This document shows, piece by piece, positions 1-8,479 of a stretch of DNA of 60,570 nucleotides; positions within the stretch are counted from its first letter, which is position 1, and each line of letters starts with the position of its first letter. The position numbers and the translations under genes were made by a program. Origin of the DNA: a virus (lineage: Duplodnaviria > Caudoviricetes). The notes beneath the pieces are model-generated. The model ran no database searches, was not told the DNA's origin, and saw only the letters and a program-made list of their open reading frames with translations. The stretch lies in IMG/VR virus record IMGVR_UViG_3300005613_000070, positions 1 to 60,570 of that record; one strand, written 5' to 3'.

Positions 1-27
1 CCATAATCACTAAACTCCACAAATAAT

Positions 28-78
<51 letters not shown>

Positions 79-190
79 GATGCGTATTTTCACCACTTTG
101 AAATATGCTTTCGTGTAGGGATAATTGAGTAATTCAGAATAATTCATGGTAAGTTATTGAATTTATTAGAGATCTGGGTTTTTAATGCAG

Positions 191-220
191 AACAATTCAA
201 GAAAATTCAAGATAACTCAA
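191..220 (+). repeat. three 10-bp repeats (RANAAYTCAA), inverted relative to the array at 60336-60365
   Basis: aacaattcaa gaaaattcaa gataactcaa; reverse complement of the ttgarttatc units at the right end. Confidence 0.65.
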
Positions 221-273
221 GTTAATGCAGTATAATTGATTATCAGTTAAAGTAGTTTAATTTAATTTAAACC

Positions 274-303
274 TTGACAATAATTTCAAAAAAATGTTAT
301 AAA
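274..303 (+). promoter_or_regulatory. sigma70 promoter
   Basis: TTGACA-N18-TATAAA with extended -10 TG, upstream of GGAGG RBS and ATG at 361. Confidence 0.7.
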
Positions 304-315
304 AAAGAAAAAACT

Positions 316-338
316 GTATTTTCACCGAATGAAAATGC
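316..338. promoter_or_regulatory. 23-bp palindromic operator-like site, copy 1
   Basis: GTATTTTCA-CCGAA-TGAAAATGC directly downstream of the promoter. Confidence 0.75.
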
Positions 339-360
339 ACATCAAACAGGGAGGCCGATC

Positions 361-525
361 ATGAGAGAAAGAAGTTTTCCAGACAAGCTCGCAGTGACAG
401 TTTATCTTACTGAGAGAGAAATAGATGCCATTGAAGAGATCGCAAAAAAAGAGGAAAGATCAAGAACGCAACAGATTAGGTTGTTAATTCTAAAGAGTCT
501 TGAGTCATTAGGGTGGAAGAGATGA
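361..525 (+). CDS. ribbon-helix-helix (CopG/Arc-like) DNA-binding protein
   Basis: VTVYLT strand then IDAIEEIAKKEERSRTQQIRLLI; start moved to ATG 361 behind GGAGG. Confidence 0.7.
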   Translation: MRERSFPDKLAVTVYLTEREIDAIEEIAKKEERSRTQQIRLLILKSLESLGWKR

Positions 526-1103
526 AACAAAAATTAAATGCTCATATGAATAAAAGAAGGCACCAGAAAGGTCTTTCTATAGAAGATTACGTTCGCATAT
601 ACAATATGAGTACACAAGAAGTTTATAATATTATAAGAGCTCCATCACTTCGTGTAATAAGAGCTACTAATAAAAGACTCAACGCTATAAACAACTTAGG
701 ACTGCTGGATGACTTAGCAGATAAATATACTATAAAAGATGAACAAACTTTTCAACACAAGATTGTAATTCCACAACTAAAGAGAGAAGGACATGAAATA
801 AAGGATCTTCATCCGTCAGCCCTTAAACATCCCTCTCGCACAATAATTGACGTGCTTAGCATACTTAATAATAGAATATACTTTACTGAAGTAAAACTAA
901 GAGCTGATATGGACAGTCTCCAAAAGGCAGTAGGTCAACTATCAATTCATCGTTGTTTTCTAGAATACCTAACAAGTCATGTCTGCAAAGAAAATATTTA
1001 TCAAATAGCCATTCCAATCTATTGTAAAAATGAAAAAATACTCCATTCACGACTACTTGAATTTCTTCAAAAAGAGATGTATATTAAAATTGCTTTCTTC
1101 TAA
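522..1103 (+). CDS. PD-(D/E)XK nuclease (NucS/Mrr-like) with N-terminal HTH-like region
   Basis: IDVL...FTEVK...AVGQL motif; ATGA overlap with upstream RHH. Confidence 0.6.
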   Translation: MKQKLNAHMNKRRHQKGLSIEDYVRIYNMSTQEVYNIIRAPSLRVIRATNKRLNAINNLGLLDDLADKYTIKDEQTFQHKIVIPQLKREGHEIKDLHPSALKHPSRTIIDVLSILNNRIYFTEVKLRADMDSLQKAVGQLSIHRCFLEYLTSHVCKENIYQIAIPIYCKNEKILHSRLLEFLQKEMYIKIAFF

Positions 1104-1155
1104 GTTTTGAGAGGAAAGTGATAAGCAGGTAATGAAGTTTTGGAAAATTAAAAAC

Positions 1156-1184
1156 TTGACCTCTTCAATTCTTTTTAGTAAAAT
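1156..1184 (+). promoter_or_regulatory. sigma70 promoter
   Basis: TTGACC-N17-TAAAAT. Confidence 0.6.
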
Positions 1185-1216
1185 TAAGAAAAAATTAAAG
1201 GAAAGAAGGTAGAAGT

Positions 1217-1432
1217 ATGGATATAAAAACAGATGCTAAAAAACGTTTTGTGCTTGACGTAGATGAAGATCTTCATAGAGATATCAGAATACTTGCAGGT
1301 TTAGACAGAGTACGTGTTCGCAAGCTGACTGATGAAGCAATAGAAAAGTACGTCGAAAAGAGATTTAGTGAATCTGAAACTCTAAGAGCTTTGAGGGAAG
1401 AATACAAAGAGACAAATGATGCTCGAAAATAA
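1217..1432 (+). CDS. ribbon-helix-helix (ParG/Arc-like) protein
   Basis: KRFVLDVDEDLHRDIRILA...LTDEAIEKY pattern. Confidence 0.65.
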   Translation: MDIKTDAKKRFVLDVDEDLHRDIRILAGLDRVRVRKLTDEAIEKYVEKRFSESETLRALREEYKETNDARK

Positions 1433-1808
1433 CGAAAGAGACTTTTGCATCACAATCGTAATTCCTTATCTTATAGAGAAAGGACATAAAATTGTAAATA
1501 TAAATAGTTCACGGTCTGTAGGCAATGTCAAGAGTTTTGGCTGGATCAGGCCCGATATTGTCAGCATACATGAAGGTATTACATACATTACAGAAGTCAA
1601 AGTTGGACGTCAACAGAAGCGAGATGCAAGAGCTCTACAGGCAGTAATAGGTCAATTAATCATCCATCAATTTGTGCAGCAAGAGCAGAAGCATTATGGA
1701 GTTGTGTACCAAGCAGTACTTCCTGCTAAACAGGGATTCGAATATTTTCTTAGGCAGGAATTTCAGAAATTCCTTCATGAATTTGAAATAGAAGTGCTCC
1801 TTCTGTAG
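1416..1808 (+). CDS. PD-(D/E)XK nuclease, paralog of 522..1103
   Basis: RPDIV...ITEVK...AVIGQL motif. Confidence 0.65.
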   Translation: MMLENNERDFCITIVIPYLIEKGHKIVNINSSRSVGNVKSFGWIRPDIVSIHEGITYITEVKVGRQQKRDARALQAVIGQLIIHQFVQQEQKHYGVVYQAVLPAKQGFEYFLRQEFQKFLHEFEIEVLLL

Positions 1809-1984
1809 TGATATAAAAGGTTGGATGATCTTTATACCCTAAGTTATTGAAATTACTTAACTTTTAATTAAGCTTAATTATGTTTAATTATATTAAGTTA
1901 TTATGTCTTTTTTGCCATAACTGTAACCTATTGATTTTATTAGAATAAAAATGCCTTGTTTACTTGAAAAACTTCATTATTTCC

Positions 1985-2013
1985 TTGACATTGCTTTTTC
2001 AAAATGTTAAAAT
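1985..2013 (+). promoter_or_regulatory. sigma70 early promoter
   Basis: TTGACA-N17-TAAAAT with extended -10 TG. Confidence 0.75.
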
Positions 2014-2062
2014 TTTAGAAAATGGACACAACTAACATCAACTTTTAACTGGAGGATACTAC

Positions 2063-2221
2063 ATGAAATACGAAATAAAGATGTGGAACCGGCAAGGGCT
2101 ACTCACCAGAATTCGATCAACTAACTTTGGTACAGTTTATGGCTTTGCTGAACGGTGGGCAAGATCGAATTTTAGGGTTGAGTTTAACATTTTTGTGGTG
2201 AATTTAATTTATGGAGGATAA
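2063..2221 (+). CDS. hypothetical protein (52 aa, not in ORF track)
   Basis: GGAGG RBS; MKYEIKMWNRQG...; first gene after the promoter. Confidence 0.55.
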   Translation: MKYEIKMWNRQGLLTRIRSTNFGTVYGFAERWARSNFRVEFNIFVVNLIYGG

Positions 2222-2222
2222 A

Positions 2223-2744
2223 ATGGGATATCGAATTACAATAAAGCACTGCGACATAGATGTCACGCTTCCTGTAAAGACACTTTGCGAAACCTTTAAA
2301 AAGTGCGACATCAAGATCGTTAAAGATCATGGGAAAAAAGCTATAAGGGTCTACACTGAGACGGAAGATGGATGGATCGGTGTATGGGCAGACTTCAATG
2401 AAGAGGAAAATTGTCACCTTTATGCTTATGGATCATCTCGAAGTTTCTATTCACGAAATGGTAGATGGTTTCTCAATACGTTGGAGCAGTTAGTAGTAGA
2501 TTATGGAGGAAATCTGTTACTAATTACAAAAGAACCCGACACAGGAGGAAGCAAGACAACTATCATTTATGAAGGTGATATACTTTATGGTTGTTTCTCT
2601 CAGAAGCTCGGAAGTCCATTCGGATTCAGGTCAGTTTGGAAGTCTCAATATGATCCGATAAAGGATGTAGATACACCAGTAAACATAAAAATCTATGATA
2701 TTATGAAAAACACAACAGAAACTCTTAGAATCGATTCAGCATAG
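2223..2744 (+). CDS. hypothetical protein
   Basis: Long ORF; GGAGG RBS before ATG 2223. Confidence 0.7.
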   Translation: MGYRITIKHCDIDVTLPVKTLCETFKKCDIKIVKDHGKKAIRVYTETEDGWIGVWADFNEEENCHLYAYGSSRSFYSRNGRWFLNTLEQLVVDYGGNLLLITKEPDTGGSKTTIIYEGDILYGCFSQKLGSPFGFRSVWKSQYDPIKDVDTPVNIKIYDIMKNTTETLRIDSA

Positions 2745-2791
2745 AAAGGAGGATAATATGAATTATTAAGATAAAATTTAGTTTCTTACAA

Positions 2792-2818
2792 TAGCCATCA
2801 GCAGTGTCCTGATGGCTA
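2792..2818 (+). other. intergenic hairpin (processing site or terminator)
   Basis: TAGCCATCAG-N7-CTGATGGCTA perfect 10-bp stem. Confidence 0.5.
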
Positions 2819-2844
2819 AGGTAAACCTTTAACTGGAGGATAAC

Positions 2845-3405
2845 ATGGATCGATCAGCAACAAACCGTCAATTGTGGGCATTATTCTGTATCACGAAAAA
2901 AGACCACAGAGATATGAATCTTACAGTTGATCAGGCAAGCGAATTAATTGCTCAAGCGAAGGCAAGCATCAACGCAAAACGTGAAGATGCCATCAATATT
3001 TACAATGAAGCTTTGAAGGCGGGTCAGAAAGCACTTGAAGCCTGCACACCTGTCCCAATGATTGTTGGACAGCATGCAAATGTATTCAATGATCACTCAC
3101 CAGTAACTCAAACTTGGAATGTTCCAGATGGAGTTTGTGGATTCGCCTGGATTACCATCAGACTTAAAGATTCCAAAAGAAGAACATTTATAAATCAACT
3201 CAAAAAGGCAGGACTTGCTTCATCGGACATTAACTGCTTCGACCGTAAAGTTAGATTCAAGAAAGATGACTACTATGGTGGTTATACTCTCTGGATTCGG
3301 GAAGGTGATCAAAGCATGCAGCGAAAAGAAGCTTTTGCATATGCCTTTGCTAATATCTTGTCAGATCATGGAATCGAAGCTCAGGTGGGATCAAGAATGG
3401 ATTAA
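2845..3405 (+). CDS. conserved phage early hypothetical protein
   Basis: DGVCGFAWI and QSMQRKEAFA motifs, recalled as a common phage family; GGAGG RBS. Confidence 0.7.
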   Translation: MDRSATNRQLWALFCITKKDHRDMNLTVDQASELIAQAKASINAKREDAINIYNEALKAGQKALEACTPVPMIVGQHANVFNDHSPVTQTWNVPDGVCGFAWITIRLKDSKRRTFINQLKKAGLASSDINCFDRKVRFKKDDYYGGYTLWIREGDQSMQRKEAFAYAFANILSDHGIEAQVGSRMD

Positions 3406-3527
3406 AATAAAAGGAGGATAATATGAATGACAAACTTACAAGGATAATTAAAGTTGTTCTTTTACTGTTAGTCGGGTGGTTTTTAGGATATCTTCACTGT
3501 TGGATGGCATTTAATTAGGAGGATAAA

Positions 3528-3800
3528 ATGAAATTTGAATTAACGGAAGCAAGACACTTTTATGATGCTCAAGAAGATAAGAATATAGTTGCAGAGCTAC
3601 GCATGTTAGGTTTTACCTTTCACAATTATATGAACCTTCTTGCTTGTGATGATAACGAAGTAATAGTAGAAATTGACAGTATAGAGGAAATGAGAAACCT
3701 CTCAGAAGAGTTTACCTCATCTTTAATAATCAACTTTTACGTTGCACCTGCTGATGATGTTATTGGCAAGATTTGTATTTACAATGATTATGTAGAATAA
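3528..3800 (+). CDS. hypothetical protein
   Basis: AGGAGG RBS; acidic ORF ending IYNDYVE. Confidence 0.65.
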   Translation: MKFELTEARHFYDAQEDKNIVAELRMLGFTFHNYMNLLACDDNEVIVEIDSIEEMRNLSEEFTSSLIINFYVAPADDVIGKICIYNDYVE

Positions 3801-3955
3801 AGAAGGGTGGATAAAATGATATTAAGACAAAAGTTAAATGAGAATTTTACAGATGCAGAACATGCGGTAAATTAATTGATAAACTTCTTGAAAGGAAAAA
3901 AGATGTTAAATAGAATGTTCAAGAAGGAAGAAGAACTTTTAAAGGAAGCATAACT

Positions 3956-4180
3956 ATGTTTACAAATAAAGAAAAGAAAATAATATCGGACATAGAAAAG
4001 TTACAAGATGACATATGGAAGTTGAAAAAGAGGGTCGGAGAATCCGACCGAATGATGATCGGACCATATGATAGTATTAGCATGGAAATAGTCATAAAAG
4101 CTATTTTGGCACATCTTAAAGTTGAAGTTGTTAAGTCGTCTGAGTATCCTATAAAATTGAAAGGAATTAAAGAAAATTAA
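3956..4180 (+). CDS. hypothetical protein
   Basis: ORF in tightly packed early operon. Confidence 0.55.
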   Translation: MFTNKEKKIISDIEKLQDDIWKLKKRVGESDRMMIGPYDSISMEIVIKAILAHLKVEVVKSSEYPIKLKGIKEN

Positions 4181-4201
4181 CCTTTAAGGAAGGGAAGAAA
4201 A

Positions 4202-4396
4202 ATGTTAAATAAACAAATAAAAATCTCATCCTACAATGAGATAGGAAAGTTAGTCGAGCAGGAGGAATGCGATGAAGTTCCATTCAATAAGAACGGAACT
4301 ATGACTGTCGGATTCTCAAAGATGTTTAATAGAATGCTCAAAAAGGTCGAGAAAGGTGGAGCAATGTTTATTGAGAGAATCTGGAAGAACATATAA
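4202..4396 (+). CDS. hypothetical protein
   Basis: ORF with purine-rich RBS. Confidence 0.55.
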   Translation: MLNKQIKISSYNEIGKLVEQEECDEVPFNKNGTMTVGFSKMFNRMLKKVEKGGAMFIERIWKNI

Positions 4397-4413
4397 ATAA
4401 GAAGGAGGATAAA

Positions 4414-4638
4414 ATGATAGAAGAATCAAACATAAAGGTAAAAGTGAAAGGCTATGACGACCTCATTCCGGCCAGTCTCCTTTTACTTGGCAATCATCTC
4501 TTGAGTAAAACAAATGAAAGGAAAGCAAAGGCATTAAGAGATGAGGTATTTATTGGCATCGATGTTCAGGATGAGACAGTTGTTCTGCTTGAAGCTGATG
4601 AAGAAACCATTATTGACAGTATCAGTTTTGGAGGATAA
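4414..4638 (+). CDS. hypothetical protein
   Basis: AGGAGG RBS. Confidence 0.6.
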   Translation: MIEESNIKVKVKGYDDLIPASLLLLGNHLLSKTNERKAKALRDEVFIGIDVQDETVVLLEADEETIIDSISFGG

Positions 4639-4640
4639 AA

Positions 4641-4853
4641 ATGGCAAAATTTCACAAACAGAACTATGAATTAGTTATGAAGATTTTGGCAAAGCATATG
4701 AATACTCTTGATACCAGATATTGGGAAACTGATTTTATAGATGTATTAAGACATGAAATTACTGAAATAGGAAAGTCTTTTGCAAATGAATTTGACAAGG
4801 ACAATTCACTATTTGATAAAGACAAATTCAAGATAAAATCATTAGGAGGATAA
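4641..4853 (+). CDS. hypothetical protein
   Basis: GGAGG RBS. Confidence 0.6.
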   Translation: MAKFHKQNYELVMKILAKHMNTLDTRYWETDFIDVLRHEITEIGKSFANEFDKDNSLFDKDKFKIKSLGG

Positions 4854-4855
4854 TT

Positions 4856-5329
4856 ATGAAAAGTAAATATCAGGAACAGGTATTTAATGACTTAGTAAAA
4901 AAGGTACAAAAGGATGCTAAGGAAACTATTAAGAATCTCGCCAGTGAGCGAGATCTAATTGATCTTGCAGCGGAATTCGCTGAGACATTCTCAACAAACC
5001 ACGTAAGAGGTGAAGGAGCCCGATACTCGAAAATAGTATTCTACTATGTAGGCTCAGTAAACATAATTGTATATCTTGGCAAAGAGGATAAGAGCACAGC
5101 AATCAATCCCATGATTGATGCGATGATTAAAGATTCGAGACTTAACTTAATAAAGGTTCCTCCCAAAGAGCTGTTTGGCTCTATAGCTACTTGGTCATTT
5201 TTTGTAAAGAAACTTGCAGGGAATATTGATGTTGACGTTTATTATGAACAGTCGGAATCTTGCATGATGGTAGAAACTGGTGAATATTCTAATCCCCGCA
5301 AAATTTACAAGCTGGTATGTAGTGATTAA
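4856..5329 (+). CDS. hypothetical protein
   Basis: AGGAGG RBS; 157 aa. Confidence 0.7.
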   Translation: MKSKYQEQVFNDLVKKVQKDAKETIKNLASERDLIDLAAEFAETFSTNHVRGEGARYSKIVFYYVGSVNIIVYLGKEDKSTAINPMIDAMIKDSRLNLIKVPPKELFGSIATWSFFVKKLAGNIDVDVYYEQSESCMMVETGEYSNPRKIYKLVCSD

Positions 5330-5350
5330 ATCTTTTGAGGAGAATGAATA

Positions 5351-5584
5351 ATGATAAAAAGTGAAACTGTAAGAATCAGTTACGAAGGTGAGGATTATGA
5401 AGTAGAATGCGATTACTATCCAGCCTCTCGTGGATCACAAGATTCACCGCCTCACGATGCAGATATTAGTATCATAGAAATCTCTGTCGAAGGAGGTGAA
5501 ATAGTATCAGATGAACTTGCCGATCTCATTTCAGATCGCTGTCAAAGGGACATTATCGAGGCAATAGAAGAATCTATAATATAA
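5351..5584 (+). CDS. acidic hypothetical protein
   Basis: GAGGAG RBS; YYPASRGS...PP motif seen in small phage proteins. Confidence 0.6.
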   Translation: MIKSETVRISYEGEDYEVECDYYPASRGSQDSPPHDADISIIEISVEGGEIVSDELADLISDRCQRDIIEAIEESII

Positions 5585-5595
5585 GAAGATAAAAA

Positions 5596-5772
5596 ATGGC
5601 AAAGAAAGGATTAAGAGAGTATTCAACAGGTAGGATGAAACAGTCAATGCTTGAGCATTTATGTTCAAGTGAACAAAAACTGAAGAATCTCGTTAAGGTC
5701 TTGACAGCGTTTAGGATGGCTATCAAAATCTCGGTTAAGGGTAATCCAATGGTAGTTAATATTAAAGGATAG
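5596..5772 (+). CDS. hypothetical protein (58 aa, not in ORF track)
   Basis: MAKKGLREYSTG... fills the gap between neighbours. Confidence 0.5.
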   Translation: MAKKGLREYSTGRMKQSMLEHLCSSEQKLKNLVKVLTAFRMAIKISVKGNPMVVNIKG

Positions 5773-5781
5773 GAAGATAAA

Positions 5782-6012
5782 ATGGAAGTAACTATAAGTA
5801 GCAAGGATCGAAGTGCATATACAGTAGCTGATATAGAAGTTAAAGGCTGGGTTTGGGATGATACACCAACAGCTGCTATTACTATAAAACCAAGAGATAC
5901 TTCTCCAAGTATGACCTTTGATATAAGTACTACGAATTGGATAGCACTATTAAGAGAAATAACCAATGCACTGTCGAATGCAGAAAGCAAAAGGAAGATA
6001 AAATGGAATTAG
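5782..6012 (+). CDS. hypothetical protein
   Basis: ORF with AGGAAG RBS. Confidence 0.6.
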   Translation: MEVTISSKDRSAYTVADIEVKGWVWDDTPTAAITIKPRDTSPSMTFDISTTNWIALLREITNALSNAESKRKIKWN

Positions 6013-6056
6013 ATATGATATGCAATATTGAATACGGAAAGCAAAAGGAGAATAAA

Positions 6057-6218
6057 ATGAAAGCAACATTCAAACTTGACAAAGAAGTTAAGCACTCTCG
6101 CAGATACGCTACGGAGGATGAAAAGTTCCCAATCAAAACTATTTATGTCGCACGAGAGTATGCTGACGGAAAGAACATACTTGAACTTGAGATTCAGCCT
6201 ATAAATGATGTAGACTAA
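6057..6218 (+). CDS. hypothetical protein
   Basis: AGGAG RBS before MKATFKLDK; the track ORF from 5937 is probably over-extended. Confidence 0.55.
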   Translation: MKATFKLDKEVKHSRRYATEDEKFPIKTIYVAREYADGKNILELEIQPINDVD

Positions 6219-6226
6219 TGAATTCA

Positions 6227-6323
6227 GACCCCTCGATAAGAGTTCATCTGTATAGGCCAACAGATGTATCTCTGCAAAACAGGCTTGGGTTTATCCTCCA
6301 CAAGTCTGACGCATCGGGGGGTC
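6227..6323 (+). ncRNA. putative structured RNA (three-way junction)
   Basis: Closing stem GACCCCTCGAT/ATCGGGGGGTC; inner stems CATCTGT/ACAGATG and CAGGCTTG/CAAGTCTG. Confidence 0.55.
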
Positions 6324-6347
6324 ACCCTCAAAAAGGAGGAAAAGTAG

Positions 6348-6554
6348 ATGAATAAAGTAATTGGTTCAACACTTATATTATCTGCTGTCGGTCTTGTTGC
6401 CATTGTTGGATTCTTGATGATGAGTCAAGAAAAGAAGAATAGCGAGCATTTTTTAGAAACTTCTATTCATCACCAACAGCAGATAACCAACATTGAGAAG
6501 CGTGTATGGAAAAGTGAAAAGATCATAAAGGCTTATATAATGGTGAAAAAATGA
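6348..6554 (+). CDS. membrane-anchored hypothetical protein
   Basis: N-terminal hydrophobic helix; AGGAGG RBS. Confidence 0.6.
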   Translation: MNKVIGSTLILSAVGLVAIVGFLMMSQEKKNSEHFLETSIHHQQQITNIEKRVWKSEKIIKAYIMVKK

Positions 6555-6751
6555 ATAAAAATCTCTATAAAGGAATCTTTAATTGGAAGGGTACATCACA
6601 TATACTATATACTCATGCAAAAAGTAGATCGGTAGCTTTTTACAATTTCATTCAGCAGATGGCTGATAAGGTAGAATATTCGTTTCATCATGTTTATTAT
6701 CAGTTCGTTAAAGGCGAGTGTCAATATACAATAGAGGAGGATAAAAAATGA
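6551..6751 (+). CDS. hypothetical protein
   Basis: ATGA overlap with upstream gene. Confidence 0.6.
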   Translation: MNKNLYKGIFNWKGTSHILYTHAKSRSVAFYNFIQQMADKVEYSFHHVYYQFVKGECQYTIEEDKK

Positions 6752-6957
6752 GCTACTGGTCACACAATCCAGAGTTATACGATGAAATAACTATAAAGGC
6801 TCTACCAGAAAAATGGAGAGATCTTGTCGAGTCAGGTGAAATTGAGCTCGAAGAGGTTCCAGAGGATGTAAGATATAAAGCAACAATAGAAGGTGAAGGA
6901 GATTATTGGGGAAGCAAAATTGATGAAGCGATGATGAGAAGAAAGGAGGAGAGATAA
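6748..6957 (+). CDS. hypothetical protein
   Basis: GAGGAGG RBS, ATGA overlap. Confidence 0.6.
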   Translation: MSYWSHNPELYDEITIKALPEKWRDLVESGEIELEEVPEDVRYKATIEGEGDYWGSKIDEAMMRRKEER

Positions 6958-7141
6958 AAATGATAAATCCAAAACCATCTAAAGTTCTAACAAAATGGAG
7001 AAGGCTTGAACATTTACATCATCATAAGTCTTTAACTTCGGCAGTAAAAAGTAGATTAAAAAGAATAAGAACTGATTTAGAGAGAAAGATTGTTCTTATC
7101 AATGTTCTCTTAGAGAAACCTACAAAAGAAGGAAGATAAAA

Positions 7142-7555
7142 ATGAGCATGGAAGATGAACTTACAATAGCAAAGGCTGAAGAGATCATAAAGAGAATGCC
7201 TTTAGCTGAACGTCAAGCATTTCGAGAAAAGTTGAATAAAGCTGGAATACCAACTAAGAAAAAGACCAAGATTGAATTTCCCGAAATAGAGATTAGTTTC
7301 ATGAACAAGGTGAGGATGTGCATTTCAAAGAAGTCTGCACTGAATCATCTTGGGGAGTTTCTACTTAATGATCTTGACAAAATGTCATCATCAACCATAA
7401 AAGCTCATGCTGTCGAAGCATTAGCAACTTTGTCGGAGCTTGAGGATAATATATCTGGAAGAAAAGATACATTAATGCGAGCAGCAAACATCGTTATGGA
7501 AGTAGATCGGTCACGCCTTATGGGAAAGATAGCTACATTGGCTGTTTTAACATAG
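7142..7555 (+). CDS. hypothetical protein
   Basis: 137-aa ORF with RBS. Confidence 0.65.
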   Translation: MSMEDELTIAKAEEIIKRMPLAERQAFREKLNKAGIPTKKKTKIEFPEIEISFMNKVRMCISKKSALNHLGEFLLNDLDKMSSSTIKAHAVEALATLSELEDNISGRKDTLMRAANIVMEVDRSRLMGKIATLAVLT

Positions 7556-7705
7556 ATGAACGGAATGAAATCAACAATCAGAACTTTGACACATCGTGTG
7601 TCTAACGGATTGAATGAACGAAAGGAGGTAAATGGCTTTGCATTCAATTCTATTCGGCTAATATTAAATGCATTTAACATTAACTTAATTCATTGGAGGT
7701 TTTAG

Positions 7706-7981
7706 ATGGAAAAGATACAAAAGGAAGTAAAGTCCAAAGGCGAAGTTGTTGATACAGTTGAGGTTCCTGTATATGAGAGTGTTTCAGAAGCTCTCAAGGC
7801 CAAGTCCGAGGCATTTTGCCTTGCTGCAATCAACAAGGTTGTTGAGGCTGGTATCGTCAATCCAGCTCGTACCGCTAAGGTAAGACCTACTTCGGCTACA
7901 GCTCAGCTTAATCGTTTAGCTAAGGACAATCCAAAAGTCCAGGCCAGAATTGATGCCATTTTGGCTGAATTCAATGCATAG
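7706..7981 (+). CDS. hypothetical protein
   Basis: GGAGG RBS; followed by a hairpin. Confidence 0.65.
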   Translation: MEKIQKEVKSKGEVVDTVEVPVYESVSEALKAKSEAFCLAAINKVVEAGIVNPARTAKVRPTSATAQLNRLAKDNPKVQARIDAILAEFNA

Positions 7982-7992
7982 TAAGTCTATTA

Positions 7993-8024
7993 GGGTGGCC
8001 ATCATTTCAACTCGGTGGTCACCC
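7993..8024 (+). terminator. hairpin, possible terminator
   Basis: GGGTGGCCATC...GGTGGTCACCC stem with weak U tail. Confidence 0.4.
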
Positions 8025-8038
8025 ACCCCTTAAACTTT

Positions 8039-8061
8039 GTATTTTCACCCGGTGAAATTAC
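8039..8061. promoter_or_regulatory. 23-bp palindromic site, copy 2
   Basis: GTATTTTCA-CCCGG-TGAAATTAC upstream of an RHH gene. Confidence 0.75.
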
Positions 8062-8108
8062 AAAGCATATATTTTCAACCATACAATAAAATTATAAAGT
8101 AAGGTAAG

Positions 8109-8297
8109 ATGATGGCGAACGAGTTTATCCTGCGAAGAATTCCAGAGGATTTGCATGAAGAATGGACTATCTTCTCAAACTTGAGAGGCATGACCATGAG
8201 AGCATATATTCTATTTTCTCTAAAAAGTAAGATCGAACAAGACAAGGATCGTTTAGGAAGAGACATTAAGGAGGAAACCAAAAATGGTAATGGATGA
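8109..8297 (+). CDS. ribbon-helix-helix protein
   Basis: FILRRIPEDLHEEW...GMTMRAYILFSL Arc/FitA-like pattern. Confidence 0.65.
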   Translation: MMANEFILRRIPEDLHEEWTIFSNLRGMTMRAYILFSLKSKIEQDKDRLGRDIKEETKNGNG

Positions 8298-8478
8298 TGT
8301 AAAGACTGCCTCAAAAGAAGAGCTTGCTCAGTGGCTCAATGAGCTACGTGAGCAGAGAAAAAAAGGATATGAACATTCAAAAAGGTCTAAAAAAAGGACA
8401 TCAGGCCTATATGCAGATGTTGATAATGAACTAGCTCAGAGGGTTCTTGACGAAATGATGAAAGATAATGGAGGATAA
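8284..8478 (+). CDS. hypothetical protein
   Basis: AGGAGG RBS. Confidence 0.55.
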   Translation: MVMDDVKTASKEELAQWLNELREQRKKGYEHSKRSKKRTSGLYADVDNELAQRVLDEMMKDNGG

Positions 8479-8479
8479 A

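Noticed and set aside
274-360. TTG start at 274 for the first ORF
   Set aside because: That TTG is the -35 box; ATG 361 has a GGAGG RBS.
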